64,000 bases of DNA from Eledone cirrhosa. Its lineage: Eukaryota. Where the stretch lies: the NCBI GenBank assembly GCA_964016885.1, contig OZ024762.1, positions 15,004,001 through 15,068,000 of the forward strand. The letters are read 5' to 3'. Both the position numbers and the translations under genes were made by a program. A model generated the notes under the pieces. It ran no database searches and was not told the DNA's origin. It was given only the letters and a program-made list of their open reading frames with translations. This document shows, piece after piece, positions 13,501 to 29,700 of this stretch. Each line of letters opens with the position of its first letter. Position 1 is the first letter of the stretch.

Positions 13501-14331
13501 TCTGGCGGCCTGATCAGCCCCCAGGCTTGTGATGGACCCCCTCCTTTTTTTTTTTTTTTTTTTTTTTTTAACCTTTTCTTTATTTTAATCGGACAAAAAA
13601 AAAAGCACTCTACATCCCGCCCCTAAAAAATTGATGGTAAGTTTCTCGGGGAAAAATTAATCACCCTCAGTGAGTGGGTTTATTATTATTTTTATTTTTT
13701 TTATTTAAATTTTTTTTTTTTTTTTTTGACCTTGGGTTTCACGTGTTCTGGTTGGTTTCAGATGATAACCGCCATAATTTTTAAAAATTAGTTCCACTAA
13801 TGCGGGACATTCTGAATACTTACGCAGGTGCATCCCGTGGGTTTGCTTTTGTGGAGTTTCAGAACGTAGCAGATGCCCAGCGCTGGATGGAACAGAATCA
13901 GGTCTTACAACAATTATCTAAGACTCTTGTATTACCGGTACAGTAGACAAAAAAAAAACATACACACATACATACATACATACATACATACACACATACA
14001 CACTTATCTATTCTGACACATACATGCATACATATTTACATGCATTCACACACACAATATATACATGCACACATACACAATATATATATGTATATGTGTA
14101 TATATGTATATATATATATTACTCATACAGTTTATAGTGATAGACAGCGTGTCCTAAAAAAATGTATACACACTTTGATTACCTGTACAGGTAATATTTA
14201 TTAGAATGTTGCTCAAGTGTGTATACATTTTTTTTTTTTGGACACCCTCTATATATAATTAAGTCTGATTACATATATATGTGTGTATATATTTATTTAT
14301 ATATATATATATATTACTCATACAGTTTATG

Positions 14332-14370
<39 letters not shown>

Positions 14371-17300
14371 TTTCTCTCTCAAACACACACACACATCACA
14401 TGATACCCAGTCATTTGCTGTCTAAAGCAGTTTTCTGTACTGCCAAATTTTATATTCTTTCTTAATGTTGTTTGTCGTTTTGTTTTTCTGTTTCTCTTTA
14501 CCTTTACCTTGTTTAAATAAAGGTTTCTATCTAATTTTTAAATAACCGAATGATACTACTACTACTGCTACTACTACTATTACTACTACTGCAATATTAC
14601 TGTCGGCCTTTTCCTTTTTTTTTTCTCTCTCTCTCTCTCATTAGCACATGTGTAGCTACACACATATATACATATATACACACACATGCACACTATACTA
14701 CACTATATTATATATATATACCATACTATTTGTCTTGTACAATAGACAAGTTGTTTATGATTCTAGAATAACACACCCTTTAACACTTTGCTAACATATT
14801 TCTAATGAAAGGCACTGCCAATTTGTTTTTAAATAATTTTGAAAATAATCGAGAATTTAGAGGGATTTATTAATATAACTAACTTTCTCATTATTAAAAT
14901 GGTGCTTTCATTCTTACGGAGTCAATAAAATAAAGTACCAGTAATGCACTGAACTGATTTAATTGACTTCCCCTCCCCCAAAATTATTGGCCTTGTGTCT
15001 AAATCAAAAACTAAAATGGCATTTGGAATATAACTTAACAAAGCTTCTGACATAAAATTATTAGGGTTGTTAAATAAATATAAACACTTAAACCTTTTTG
15101 TTACCATATTTCTAATTAAAAAAAAACACTGCCTATTATTTTTAAATGTTGAAAATAATCAAAAATTTTGAGGGATTCTGTAATATAAATAACTTTCTTA
15201 TTATTAAGAGGGCAGTTATTGGCAGAATCGGTAGACAATGGACATGCTTTGCAGCATATAGCTATGTCCCTTTACAATCTGAATTTAAATCCCGTCAAGG
15301 TTAGCTTTGTTTTTCATCCTTACGGGGTCAATAAAATAAAGTACCAGTAACACACTGGGAGTCGATTTAATTGACTTTCCCCTTCCAAAAAATTATTAGC
15401 CATGTGCCTAAATCAGAAAGCATTATTATATTCGACGGTGGATTGGAAAAATCAGTCGAGCGTCGGACAACAAGCTTTGCAAATACTGCTGAAGTTAGCT
15501 TTGCCTTTCATCCTTGCAGGGTCAATAAAATAATGTACCAGTAATGCACTGGGGTTGATTTAATAGATTTTTTCATCCCTCCTCTCTCCCCAAGTTGCTA
15601 TTATTATTAAGTTGGTGTTTAGAACATAACTTCTATAAAATTATGATGGGTTTTAGATAAATATAACCACATAAACCCTTTAGCATTTAAACCGGCCATA
15701 TCCGGCTAGAATTCTCTCACTTCTTTCTCTTCAAACTGGCCAAAACCAGCTGCTCATATTTATGTTAAAGTATTCTCAAAATAGGTAATTAAAAAAATCT
15801 CATAGATTCAATATTATGTGAGATAAAGTCTTTACCACAAAATACAATAGTATATATAGAGCAATGTAAATACTATGTGAGATAAAGTCTTTACCACAAA
15901 ATACAATAGTATATATAGAGTAATGTAAATACTATGTGAGATAAAGTCTTTACCACAAAATACAATAGTATATATAGAGCAATGTAAATACTATGTGAGA
16001 TAATTATGTTAGATAAAGCCTTCATCACAAAATACAATAGTATATATAGAGCAATGTAAATACTATGTTAGATAAAGTCTTTTCCACAAAATACAATAGT
16101 ATATATAGAGCAATGTAAATACTATGTGAGATAATTATGTTAGATAAAGCTTTCACCACAAAATACGATAGTATATATAGAGCAATGTAAATACTATGTT
16201 AGATAAAGTCTTTTCCACAAAATACAATAGTATATATAGAGCAATGTAAATACTATGTGAGATAATTATGTTAGATAAAGCCTTCATCACAAAATACAAT
16301 AGTATATATAGAGCAATGTAAATACTATGTTAGATAATTATGTTAGATAAAGCCTTCATCACAAAATACAATAGTATATATAGAGCAATGTAAATGCTAA
16401 AGAGTTAGAGATATTTATTAATTATGCTGTATTTTGGCTGAGATAGAGATAGGCTGTAAGTTGGCAGAGTCCTTAGAGCGCTGAATTTGTTACAGCCCTC
16501 CATGATCTGAGTTCAAGTCCCACCTTAATCTACTTTGCTTTTCATCCTATCAGAGTCGATAACTAAAGTTCTATTCCAAGGGTGATGTGGTGGATTGTCA
16601 GAATTGTTAAAGAGCAGGATGGAATGCCCTGCAGTGTCTGTTCCAGCTTTGTATGTTCTGAGTTCAAATTCCATCCCAGCCACCTGTCACCAGAAAAGCA
16701 GTGACACTTCTGCCATTAGTTGTGACCAACAGGCAGTGTCAACAATGGAAAGACCAACAGAAACTTAGTTTCCTTGCTTTAATCTAAGGCTCAGGCCTTA
16801 CTTGCTAGATATTTACAGAATGGTTGGTGTTGGGAAGGGCATCCATCCGTAGAAAACCAGCCAGAAACTCTCCTATATGAGCGAGACATGGTCACCCAAT
16901 CCAACTTGCCTCTAAATGGGACAAACTCGTCTAACCCATGCTAGCATGGAAGATAGACGTTAATCGATGATGATAAGAGTTAACTGTCCAGCTACAGCCC
17001 CATTATTAGAAATGCTTTCATCCTTACGGGGTTGATAAAATAAAGTACCAGTAATACACTGGGATAATTGCTGGCCTTGTGCCAAAAGTAGAAACAATTA
17101 TTAGAAATGCTTTGTAAATTGTCCAGCATTGATTTGGGGATTTAACCCTGTAGTATTTAAGCAAGCTGTAGCCAGCCAGAATTTTTTCACTTTCTGTTCA
17201 AACTGGCTGTAACTAGCTGTTCATACTGATGTTAAGGTATTGTTCTCAAAATGAATAATATCAAAATCTCAGATTCAATATTATGTGAGATAAAGCCTCT

Positions 17301-17755
17301 ACTGTGAAAATACAATAGTATATATAGGATAATGTAAATGTTAAAGGGTTAAGGACAAGAGGTGGGGGTTCTGACGCAGAGTTATTCCTATGTGGTCATG
17401 TTGGCAATTCTTTTGTTAATTTGTGCCTCTAAAGTTGTCCCCCTCTTTTGTATTTTATTTTTCATTTCTAAACCCATATATGCATCATACACACTTGCTT
17501 TTTGTCCTTTCTCTTCAAATATCTGAAGATTCTAGATTATATCCTTTCACAATTTGCCACATACATGCACCTTGCCCTTGCACAACAAAATGTGACCACA
17601 TAAATATACAAATATATGTATATATGTATTTGTATATCTGTATATATGTATGTATATATATATATATATGTGTGTATATATATATATGTATGTATGTATG
17701 AATGTATATATGTGTGTATGAATGTATATATGTGTGTGTATATATGTATGTATGA

Positions 17756-17814
<59 letters not shown>

Positions 17815-20800
17815 AATGTATATATATATATGTGTGTGTGTATATATATATCTATACACACACGCATATACATATATACACACAAACAGACATGTTTAGA
17901 GAAAATGCTATCTGCTTTTTTAAATTTAAAAATTGAGCTTTCTGCAGCATGCTTCTTTGGTTGAAATAATGTCCTATAAAAAAGAAAAGAAAAAAGGAAA
18001 TGTCTTTTAGTTTTAAACCAATGCATGTGTATTTCTTCTTTTCTTTATTATATATACTGATACATAGATACCAGTTGATATTGTCTCTTTTCCTCTACCC
18101 TCTCTACCTCTCACTCTCCTTTCTTTGATTTTATATATATCATCATCATCCTTGCTGGATTTACAATTGTGCTACGGTGTTCTTAAGCACATTAACCCCT
18201 GACACAGTGTCATCTAAAGTGACATTAACCCTGTCACAGTGTCATCTGTAGTGACATTAAACCTGTCACAGTGTCATCTGTAGTGACATTAACCCTGTCA
18301 CAGTGTCATCTGTAGTGACAGTAACCCTGTCACAGTGTCATCTAAAGTGACATTAACCATGTCACAATGTCATCTGTAGTGACATTAATCCTGTCAGTGT
18401 CATCTGTAGTGACATTAACCCTGTCACAGTGTCATCTGTAGTGACATAAAGCACTGTCACAGTTTCATCTGTAGTGACATTAACCCTGTCACAGTGTCTT
18501 CTATAGTGACATTATCCCTGTCACACTGTCATCTGTAGTGACATTAACCCTGTCACACTGTCATCTGTAGTGACATTAACCCTGTCAGTGTCATCTGTAG
18601 TGACATTAACCCTGTCACAGTGTCATCTGTAGTGACATTAACCCTGTCACAGTGTCATCTGTAGTGACATTAACACTGTCACACTGTCATCTATAGTGAA
18701 ATTAACCCCTGTCACAGTGTCATCTATAGTGACATTAACCCTGTCACACTGTCATCTGTAGTGACATTAATTCTGTTATCTGTAGCGACATTAACCCTGT
18801 CACAGTGTCATCTATAGCGACATTAACCCTGTCACAGTGTCATCTGTAGCGACATTAACCCTGTCACAGTGTCATCTGTAGCGACATTAACCCTGTCACA
18901 GTGTCATCTGTAGTGACATTAACCCTGTCACAGTGTCATCTGTAGCGACATTAACCCGTCACAGTGTCATCTGTAGCGACATTAACCCTGTCACAGTGTC
19001 ATCTGTAGTGACATTAACCCTGTCACAGTGTCATCTGTAGCGACATTAACCCTGTCAGTGTCATCTGTAGTCACATTATCCCTGTCACAGTGTCATCTGT
19101 AGTGACATTAACCCTGTCACAGTGTCATCTGTAGTGACATTAACCCTGTCACTGTCATCTGTAGCGACATTAACCCTGTCACAGTGTGATCTCTAGTGAC
19201 ATTAACCCTGTCACAGTGTCATCTGTAGCGACATTAACCCTGTCAGTGTCATCTGTAGTCACATTATCCCTGTCACAGTGTCATCTGTAGTCACATTATC
19301 CCTGTCACAGTGTCATCTGTAGTGACATTAACCCTGTCACAGTGTCATCTGTAGTGACATTAACACTGTCACAGTGTCATCAGTAGTGACATTAACCCTG
19401 TCACTGTCATCTGTAGCGACATTAACCCTGTCACAGTGTGATCTCTAGTGACATTAACCCTGTTAGTGTCATCGCTAGTGACATTAACCCTGTCACAGTG
19501 TCATCTGTAGCGACATTAACTCTGTCACAGTGTGATCTCTAGTGACATTAACCCTGTCACAGTGTCATCTCTAGTGACATTAACCCTGTCACAGTGTCAT
19601 AGCTAGTGACATTAACCCTGTCACACTGTCATCTGTTGTGACATTAAGCCTGTCACTGTGTCATCTGTAGCGACATTAACCCTGTCACAGTGTCATCTAT
19701 AGTGTCAGTAACCCTGTCAGTGTCATCTGTTATGACATTAACCCTGTCACAGTGTCATCTGTAGTGACATTAACTATGTCTCAGTGTCATCTGTAATGAC
19801 ATTAACCCTGTCACACTGTCAGCTGAAGTACATTATCCTTGTCACAGTGTCATCTGTAGTGACATTAACTCTGTTGTCATCTGTAGTGACATTAACCCTG
19901 TCAGCGTCATCTGTAGTGACATTAACCCTGTCACAATGTCATCTGTAGTGGCATTAACCCTGTCATCTGTAGCGACATTAACCTTGTCACAGTGTAATCT
20001 GTAGTGTCAGTAACCCTGTCAGTGTCATCTGTAATGAGATTAACCCTGTCACATTGTCATCTGTAGTGACATTAACCCTGTCACAGTGTCATCTGTAGTG
20101 TCAGTAACCCTGTCAGTGTCATCTGTAGTGACATTAACTCTGTTACAGTGTCATCTGTAGTGACATTAACCCTGTCACAGTGTTATCTGTAGTGACATTA
20201 ATCCTGTCAGTGTCATCTGTAGTGACATTAACTCTGTTACAGTGTCATCTGTAGTGACATTAACCCTGTCACAGTGTCATCTGTAGTGACATTAACCTTG
20301 TCACAGTGTCATCTGTAGCGACATTAACCCTGTCACAGTGTCATCTGTAGTGCCATTAACTCTGTCCCCTGTCACACTACTGTCATTGTAGACAAATTAA
20401 CCCTATAACGTCTCACTGTCCCTTCACACGTTGAACCCTTCCTTCATCTCATTCATGTGCTTTTGTGTCAACAAAGACTTCATAAATTGTGTATTTTCAT
20501 TATGACATACACACACACATACATATACATGTATTGTCCCATAACTCCTGATGGGGTCGTAGGGGTGCCATAGTATCATACAGAATTTATAGGGTATCTT
20601 AAGCCTGGCAGAGGCCACCCCTCTTCAGGTCACACATACATATATACAGATACAAACATACATATGCACACACACACATACGTATATATATTTAATTACA
20701 TAATAAACAACACAAGATAATTGTTTTGTCTGATGAACGAACTAGATGTTCCTTTGGTAATGAAATAATTATATTGTGTTGTTTATAATATAATTAAATA

Positions 20801-21099
20801 GCTCTGTACATTACATAGAACATTCTTTTTCCTTTTCTACAGAAATACTTAATACACACACACACATATATATATAACTAGTAGCCTTCCTAGTATGTTT
20901 TTAGTCACATTTTCCATATTTTGTGTTTCCTTGTTTCTGGTAGTTTGTCATGTACACACATCTGACGCATACATACATGTACACACACACACACACTCTC
21001 TTTCACTCACATACATACACATTCCTAACATTTTTATTTCTTTTTAAAGAAATTAGATAAAGCACATATTTAGCATGCTTGTGTGATTTTAAACTAAAG

Positions 21100-21148
<49 letters not shown>

Positions 21149-23219
21149 CATCTTCACTCTTCTCTCCCATCCTATCCTACATTAAGATATTCAAAAGAAT
21201 TAAGGGAGTGGTTTAATTTATCTTTGCTTATTTTAGAGTTCTTCAATATTCTTTTTCTCCTCCCTTCAACATCTATGCATAATGAGATGTGTATTAAAAG
21301 AAAGAAAAAAAATGTGCCTTTCCTTCTCCCTCTCAGCTACAACCCATTCTTGTTTCACACCAAGCCCCTTTCACCCTTTGGCACTTGCACCTTGAACCTT
21401 TTGTCACAATAGTTCACTGCCTGTTATTTTCAAGCCATTTTCAAAATAATCGAGAATTTGAAAGGATTTAGTAATATAACTATCTTGTGGATTGGCAGAA
21501 TTGTTACTGTCAAACATTTGCTGTATTTAGTTACAGACTTTTACACTCTGAGTTCAAATCCTGCAGGTGTCAGCTTTGCCTTTCATCTTTAAAGGTGTCA
21601 AAAAGAATGCTTTGCTGCATTTGATCTGACTCCCTACATTCTAAGTTCGGAGTTGTGACTGACAGATAATATCAGTAAAGGAAAGACAAATGGAAACATT
21701 GTTTCCTTGGTCTGATCTGACAATCAGCTAGTTTCTTCTGTCAGGAGTTGTGACCAACAGATAGTATTAGTAATGGAAAGACCAATGGAAACATTGTTTC
21801 CTTGGTCTGATCTGACAATCAGCTCTTTCCTTATGCCAGGAGTTGTGACTAACAGATAATATCAGTAAAGGAAAGACAAATAGAAACATTGTTTCCTTGG
21901 TCTGATCTGACAATCAGCTCTTTTCTTATGCCAGGAGTTGTGACTAACAGATAATATCAGTAAAGGAAAGACAAATAGAAACATTGTTTCCTTGGTCTGA
22001 TCTGACAATCAGCTCTTTCCTTATGCCAGGAGTTGTGACTAACAGATAATATCAGTAAAGGAAAGACAAATAGAAACATTGTTTCCTTGGTCTGATCTGA
22101 CAATCAGCTCTTTCCTTATGCCAGGAGTTGTGACTAACAGATAATATCAGTAAAGGAAAGACAAATAGAAACATTGTTTCCTTGGTCTGATCTGACAATC
22201 AGCTCTTTTCTTATGCCAGGAGTTGTGACTAACAGATAATATCAGTAAAGGAAAGACAAATGGAAACATTGTTTCCTTGGTCTGATCCGATGGTCGGCTA
22301 GTTTCTTCTGTCAGGAGTTGTGACCAACAGATAGTATTAGTAATGGAAAGACCAATGGAAACATTGTTTCCTTGGTCTGATCTGACAATCAGCTCTTTTC
22401 TTATGCCAGGAGTTGTGACTAACAGATAATATCAGTAAAGGAAAGACAAATGGAAACATTGTTTCCTTGGTCTGATCTGACAATCAGCTAGTTTCTTCTG
22501 TCAGGAGTTGTGACCAACAGATAATATCAGTAAAGGAAAGACAAATGGAAACATTGTTTCCTTGGTCTGATCTGACAATCAGCTAGTTTCTTCTGTCAGG
22601 AGTTGTGACCAACAGATAATATCAGTAAAGGAAAGACAAATGGAAACATTGTTTCCTTGGTCTGATCTGACAATCAGCTAGTTTCTTCTGTCAGGAGTTG
22701 TGACCAACAGATAATATCAGTAATGGAAAGACAAATGGAAACATTGTTTCCTTGGTCTGATCTGACAATCAGCTCTTTTCTTATGCCAGGAGTTGTGACT
22801 GACAGATAATATCAGTAAAGGAAAGACAAATGGAAACATTGTTTCCTTGGTCTGATCTGACAATCAGCTAGTTTCTTCTGTCAGGAGTTGTGACCAACAG
22901 ATAGTATTAGTAATAGAAAGACCAATGGAAACATTGTTTCCTTGGTCTGATCCGACAATCAGCTAGTTTCTTCTGTCAGGAGTTGTGACCAACAGATAGT
23001 ATTAGTAATAGAAAGACCAATGGAAACATTGTTTCCTTGGTCTGATCTGACAATCAGCTAGTTTCTTCTGTCAGGAGTTGTGACCAACAGATAGTATTAG
23101 TAATAGAAAGACCAATGGAAACATTGTTTCCTTGGTCTGATCCGACAATCAGCTCCTTTCCATTTTCCTCTCTTCTACTAACTAGCCAGACATTGCTATC
23201 ATTCCCCTGTATATTGAAT

Positions 23220-23250
<31 letters not shown>

Positions 23251-26200
23251 CCTACATACCATCTCCTACATTTAAAATTTTTTTTTTTTTTTTTTTCAAT
23301 GTGTTTCTTCTAAGGTTTTCTTTATATCACACCCCTCCCACTGCCTTTTAATTTATTGATGATGATGATGATGATGATGATGCTGTTAGTGCACTTCCAC
23401 CACTGCCGCCGCTACTATTACTACAGCTGCCCTTCAGCAAGCCTTTAATCTAACACCACACACACACATACACACACATATACATACTACCAATGATATC
23501 CAACACACACACACACATATACATACCACCAATGATATCCACCACACACACATATACATACCACCAATGATATCCACCACACACACATATACATACCACC
23601 AATGATATCCACCACACACACACATATACATACCACCAATGATATCCACCACACACACATATACATACCACCAATGATATCCACCACACACACACACATA
23701 TACATACTACCAATGATATCCACCACACACACACACATATACATACCACCAATTATATCCACACACACACACATATACATACTACCAATGATATCCACCA
23801 CACACACACATATACATACTACCAATGATATCCACCACACACACACACATATACATACCACCAATGATATCCACCACACACACATATACATACCACCAAT
23901 GATATCCACCACACACACACACATATACATACTACCAATGATATCCACCACACACACACACATATACATACCACCAATTATATCCACACACACACACATA
24001 TACATACTACCAATGATATCCACCACACACACACACACATATACATACCACCAATGATATCCACCACACACACACACATATACATACTACGAATGATATC
24101 CACACACACACATATACATACCACCAATGATATCCACCACACACACATATACATACCACCAATGATATCCACCACACACACACACACATATACATACCAC
24201 CAATGATATCCACCACACACACACACATATACATACTACCAATGATATCCACCACACACACACACATATACATACCACCAATTATATCCACACACACACA
24301 TATACATACTACCAATGATATCCACCACACACACACACATATACATACCACCAATGATATCCACCACACACACACATATACATACCACCAATGATATCCA
24401 CCACACACACACATATACATACCACCAATGATATCCACCACACACACATATACATACCACCAATGATATCCACCACACACACATATACATACTACCAATG
24501 ATATCCACCACACACACACACATATACATACTACCAATGATATCCACCACACACACACACATATACATACCACCAATGATATCCACCACACACACACACA
24601 CATATACATACCACCAATGATATCCACCACACACACACACACATATACATACCACCAATGATATCCAACACACACACACACATATACATACCACCAATGA
24701 TATCCACCACACACACACATATACATACCACCAATGATATCCACCACACACACACATATACATACTACCAATGATATCCACCACACACACACATACATAC
24801 CACCAATGATATCCACCACACACACACATATACATACCACCAATGATATCCACCACACACACATATACATACCACCAATGATATCCACCACACACACATA
24901 TACATACCACCAATGATATCCACCACACACACACATATACATACCACCAATGATATCCACCACACACACACATATACATACCACCAATGATATCCACCAC
25001 ACACACACATATACATACCACCAATGATATCCACCACACACACACACATATACATACTACCAATGATATCCACCACACACACATATACATACCACCAATG
25101 ATATCCACCACACACACACACACATATACATACCACCAATGATATCCACCACACACACATATACATACTACCAATGATATCCACCACACACACACACATA
25201 TACATACCACCAATGATATCCACCACACACACATATACATACCACCAATGATATCCACCACACACACACACACACATATACATACCACCAATGATATCCA
25301 CCACACACACATATACATACTACCAATGATATCCACCACACACACACATATACATACCACCAATGATATCCACCACACACACATATACATACCACCAATG
25401 ATATCCACCACACACACACATATACATACCACCAATGATATCCACCACACACACACACACATATACATACCACCAATGATATCCACCACACACACACATA
25501 TACATACCACCAATGATATCCACCACACACACACACACACATATACATACCACCAATGATATCCACCACACACACACATATACATACCACCAATGATATC
25601 CACCACACACACACACACACATACATACCACCAATGATATCCACCACACACACACACACATATACATACTACCAATGATATCCACCACACACACACATAT
25701 ACATACCACCAATGATATCCACCACACACACACACACATATACATACCACCAATGATATCCACCACACACACACATATACATACCACCAATGATATCCAC
25801 CACACACACACACACATATACATACCACCAATGATATCCACCACACACACACATATACATACCACCAATGATATCCACCACACACACACACACATATACA
25901 TACCACCAATGATATTCACCACACACACACATATACATACCACCAATGATATCCACCACACACACACACATATACATACCACCAATGATATCCACCACAC
26001 ACACACATATACATACTACCAATGATATCCACCACACACACACACACATATACATACCACCAATGATATCCACCACACACACATATACATACCACCAATG
26101 ATATCCACCACACACACATATACATACTACGAATGATATCCACCACACACACATATACATACCACCAATGATATCCACCACACACACATATACATACCAC

Positions 26201-26747
26201 CAATGATATCCACCACACACATATACATACCACCAATGATATCCACCACACACATATACATACCACCAATGATATCCACCACACACACACACATATACAT
26301 ACCACCAATGATATCCACCACACACACACACATACATACTACCAATGATATCCACCACACACACACACATATACATACCACCAATGATATCCACCACACA
26401 CACACATATACATACTACCAATGATATCCACCACACACACACATATACATACCACCAATGATATCCACCACACACACACATACATACTACCAATGATATC
26501 CACCACACACACACACATATACATACCACCAATGATATCCACCACACACACACATACATACTACCAATGATATCCACCACACACACACATATACATACCA
26601 CCAATGATATCCACCACACACACACATATACATACCACCAATGATATCCACCACACACACACACATATACATACCACCAATTATATCCACCACACACACA
26701 TATACATACCACTAATGATATCAAACACACACACACACCAATGATAT

Positions 26748-26782
<35 letters not shown>

Positions 26783-29700
26783 CACAAATGATACCAAACA
26801 CACACACACACACACATAACACATGATATCCACCACACATACAGATACATAACACCAATGATATCCACCACACACACACAACACCAATGATACCCACACA
26901 CACACACAACACCAATGACACCCACCACACACACACACAGATGCACTCCACACATACACTACACCAGCACAGTGGTTTTAAACCATGTTGACAGTTAATT
27001 TTTTTCTCTTTAATATAATAACAAGGGTTTTCATTTTCCTTTTTAAATACTATTTATTTCTAATTGGCTTAGATAGGGTATTTATGCCTCGTTAGTTTAA
27101 TTAATAAACATTATGTAAAAAAAAAGAAAATACTTTTCCCCCCATAAACCCTTGTTTGTATCTACTTTAGAGTTCTCATTGCTTTCCATAGAGTAAAAAA
27201 AGAGAAATTATATATATATGTATATAATGTATATATATATATATATTAAACATACATATATATATTGTATAATGTGTATATATATATATATATTATATGT
27301 ATAATGCATAATATATATATATATATAAATATATGTACATATAATGTATATATATATGTGTGTGTATATATATATATATATATGTATAATATATATATAT
27401 TATGTATGTATATATATGTCACTTGTATCTTTTGTCTCTCTACAATAAGTACTATTTCTACTACTACTACTACTACTACTCTCTACATACTCTTACTACT
27501 ACTACTACTCCTACCTCTAGACATCACGTTGACCTGAGGCTTCCACAGACACACTCTTTGATGTTGTGTCCTCAATCTAGATCATGGCATTGGCAAAATG
27601 GATGATGTGTTGTTTTCGCATGGTTTCCCTTTCATTTATACCGGCCCTCTCCTTTTTGCTTCCAGGGTTCCCTCTATCTTCAAGACCAGTTCCATGTCAC
27701 TATGCATTACAGTCAGCCTAAAATGGGGCCTGAGAAGGCACAAAAAAGTGACTGGGTTTGTACAAAGGTAAGCTGGGTATTTTGTATTATGCAGCTCTTT
27801 TTTTTTTATTTCTTTTATTTTCGTTTTCTTACTTTTTGTTTCTGATTTTGTTACTTAGCCTTCTAGCATTTAAACCAGCCATACCTGGCCAGAATTCTCT
27901 TACCTCTTTCTGTTCAAACTGGCCATAACCAGCTGCTCAGACTGATGTTAATCCTTTAACATTTAAACCAGCCATACCTGGCCAGAATTCTCTTACCTCT
28001 TTCTGTTCAAACTGGCCGTAACCAGCCGTTCAGACTGATGTTAATCCTTTAACATTTAAACCAGCCATATCTAGCCAGAATTCTCTCACCTCTTTCTCTG
28101 TTCAAACTGGCCATAGCTGGCCAGAATTATCTCACCTTTTTCTGTTCAAACTGGCTGTAACTGGCCACTCATACTGATGTTAAGGTATTGTTCTCAAAAT
28201 ATATAATATCAAAATCTCATAGATTCGATTTTATGTGAGGTAAAGCCTTTACAGTGAAAATATAATGGTAAATATAGGGTAATGTAAATGCTAAAGGGTT
28301 AACACTTTAGCATTTAAACTGGCTGTATCTGGCCAGAATTCTTTCCCCTCTTTCAGTTCAAACCGGCCATAACTGGCTGCTCATATTTATGTTAAGGTAT
28401 TGTTTTACAATTGTCAAACTAGAAGAAAGATGATGATAGATTTTTATTTTGTCCATTTCAGTGTGGAGCTCACAATTTCAAACGAAGGGATTTCTGTTTC
28501 CAGTGCAGCGTATCACGAGAAGGTAAGTATGTGTGTGTGTCTGCCTGTCTGTCACTTAACCCAATGGTTAATATTGAGATTTTAGACTTCTATTTCATCT
28601 AAATATTCTATGTTTGCTTTGGACCATCTCGTCATTAAGATCCTGTAATGATCTAGCAGGAAATATCTAGTAACAGGTTTGTTAATTCAAATGTTTACAG
28701 CATCTTTACTAATAGACAGATTGTTGTGAAAATATGTAGTAATATCTTTTAACATCCTGTAATGATTTAGCTGAAAATATCTAAAACTAGGTTTGTTAAT
28801 TCAAATATTTAGAGTATCTTTACTAGAGGATAGATTGTTGTGAAAATTTGCAGTATTATCTCTTAACATCCTGTAATGATTTCGCAGAAATTGTCTAAAA
28901 TCTAGGTCTGTTAATTCAAATATTTATAATATCTTTACTAGTGGACAGATTGTTGTTAATATTTATCTCTTAACATCCTGTAATTATTTAACTGAAAATA
29001 TCTAATAACAGGTTTGTTAATTCAAATGTCTATAGTTTTTACTACATACTTGGTACACACTGTGAATTGGTTGGTCTTGGGAAAGGCTCACGGCTGTCAG
29101 AAAATAAGGTGGTGCCCCAGCATGGCCAAAGTCTAATGACTGAAACTAGTAAAAAAAAAAAATGGTGTTCCAGCATGGCCACAGTCTAAGGACTGAAACC
29201 AGTAAAAGAATAAAAGAATTGTGGTCTGTGGCTGTTACATAATGTCTTGTGATCATGGTGATGTGCTATAATTGGTCTCAAAATGGAATTTCAGAATCAG
29301 AACGAGCCAAACAAGGAGATGGATTTGACCAAGTTGGGACAAACCCTTGCAACAGTAAGTTTGCTCTTTGCCTGCTCTTAACCCCACCCCTTCCTTTGAA
29401 AAAAAACAAACTTTTGATACTAAACTGCTTCAGACTACCCCTGTTCTATGATACAAAACTGTTTATTTTAAATTTCATCATGAGTAAGTTAAATTATATT
29501 GCTAAAACCCTTAAAAATTAAATGTTTCTATTATTATTATTTTTTATATAATTATTTTTTGCAGCTTTGATATTCCGTGGTTTGGATGCACTCACCACCG
29601 AAGAGACTTTGTCCCAAGCTTTATCTCAGCAGTCATCACTTCCTCTGAAAAACATTAAGATCATTCGGGATGAATTAACAAACACCTCACGGGGCTACGG

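Noticed and set aside
21649-23160. Tandem retrozyme array
   Set aside because: I found no CTGANGA...GAAA core with flanking stems on either strand of the 95-bp unit.
23450-26960. CRISPR-like alternation of a constant repeat and a variable spacer; long ORFs up to 557 aa
   Set aside because: The spacers are only (CA)n of varying length, there are no cas genes and the context is a eukaryotic intron. The ORFs are repeat translations.
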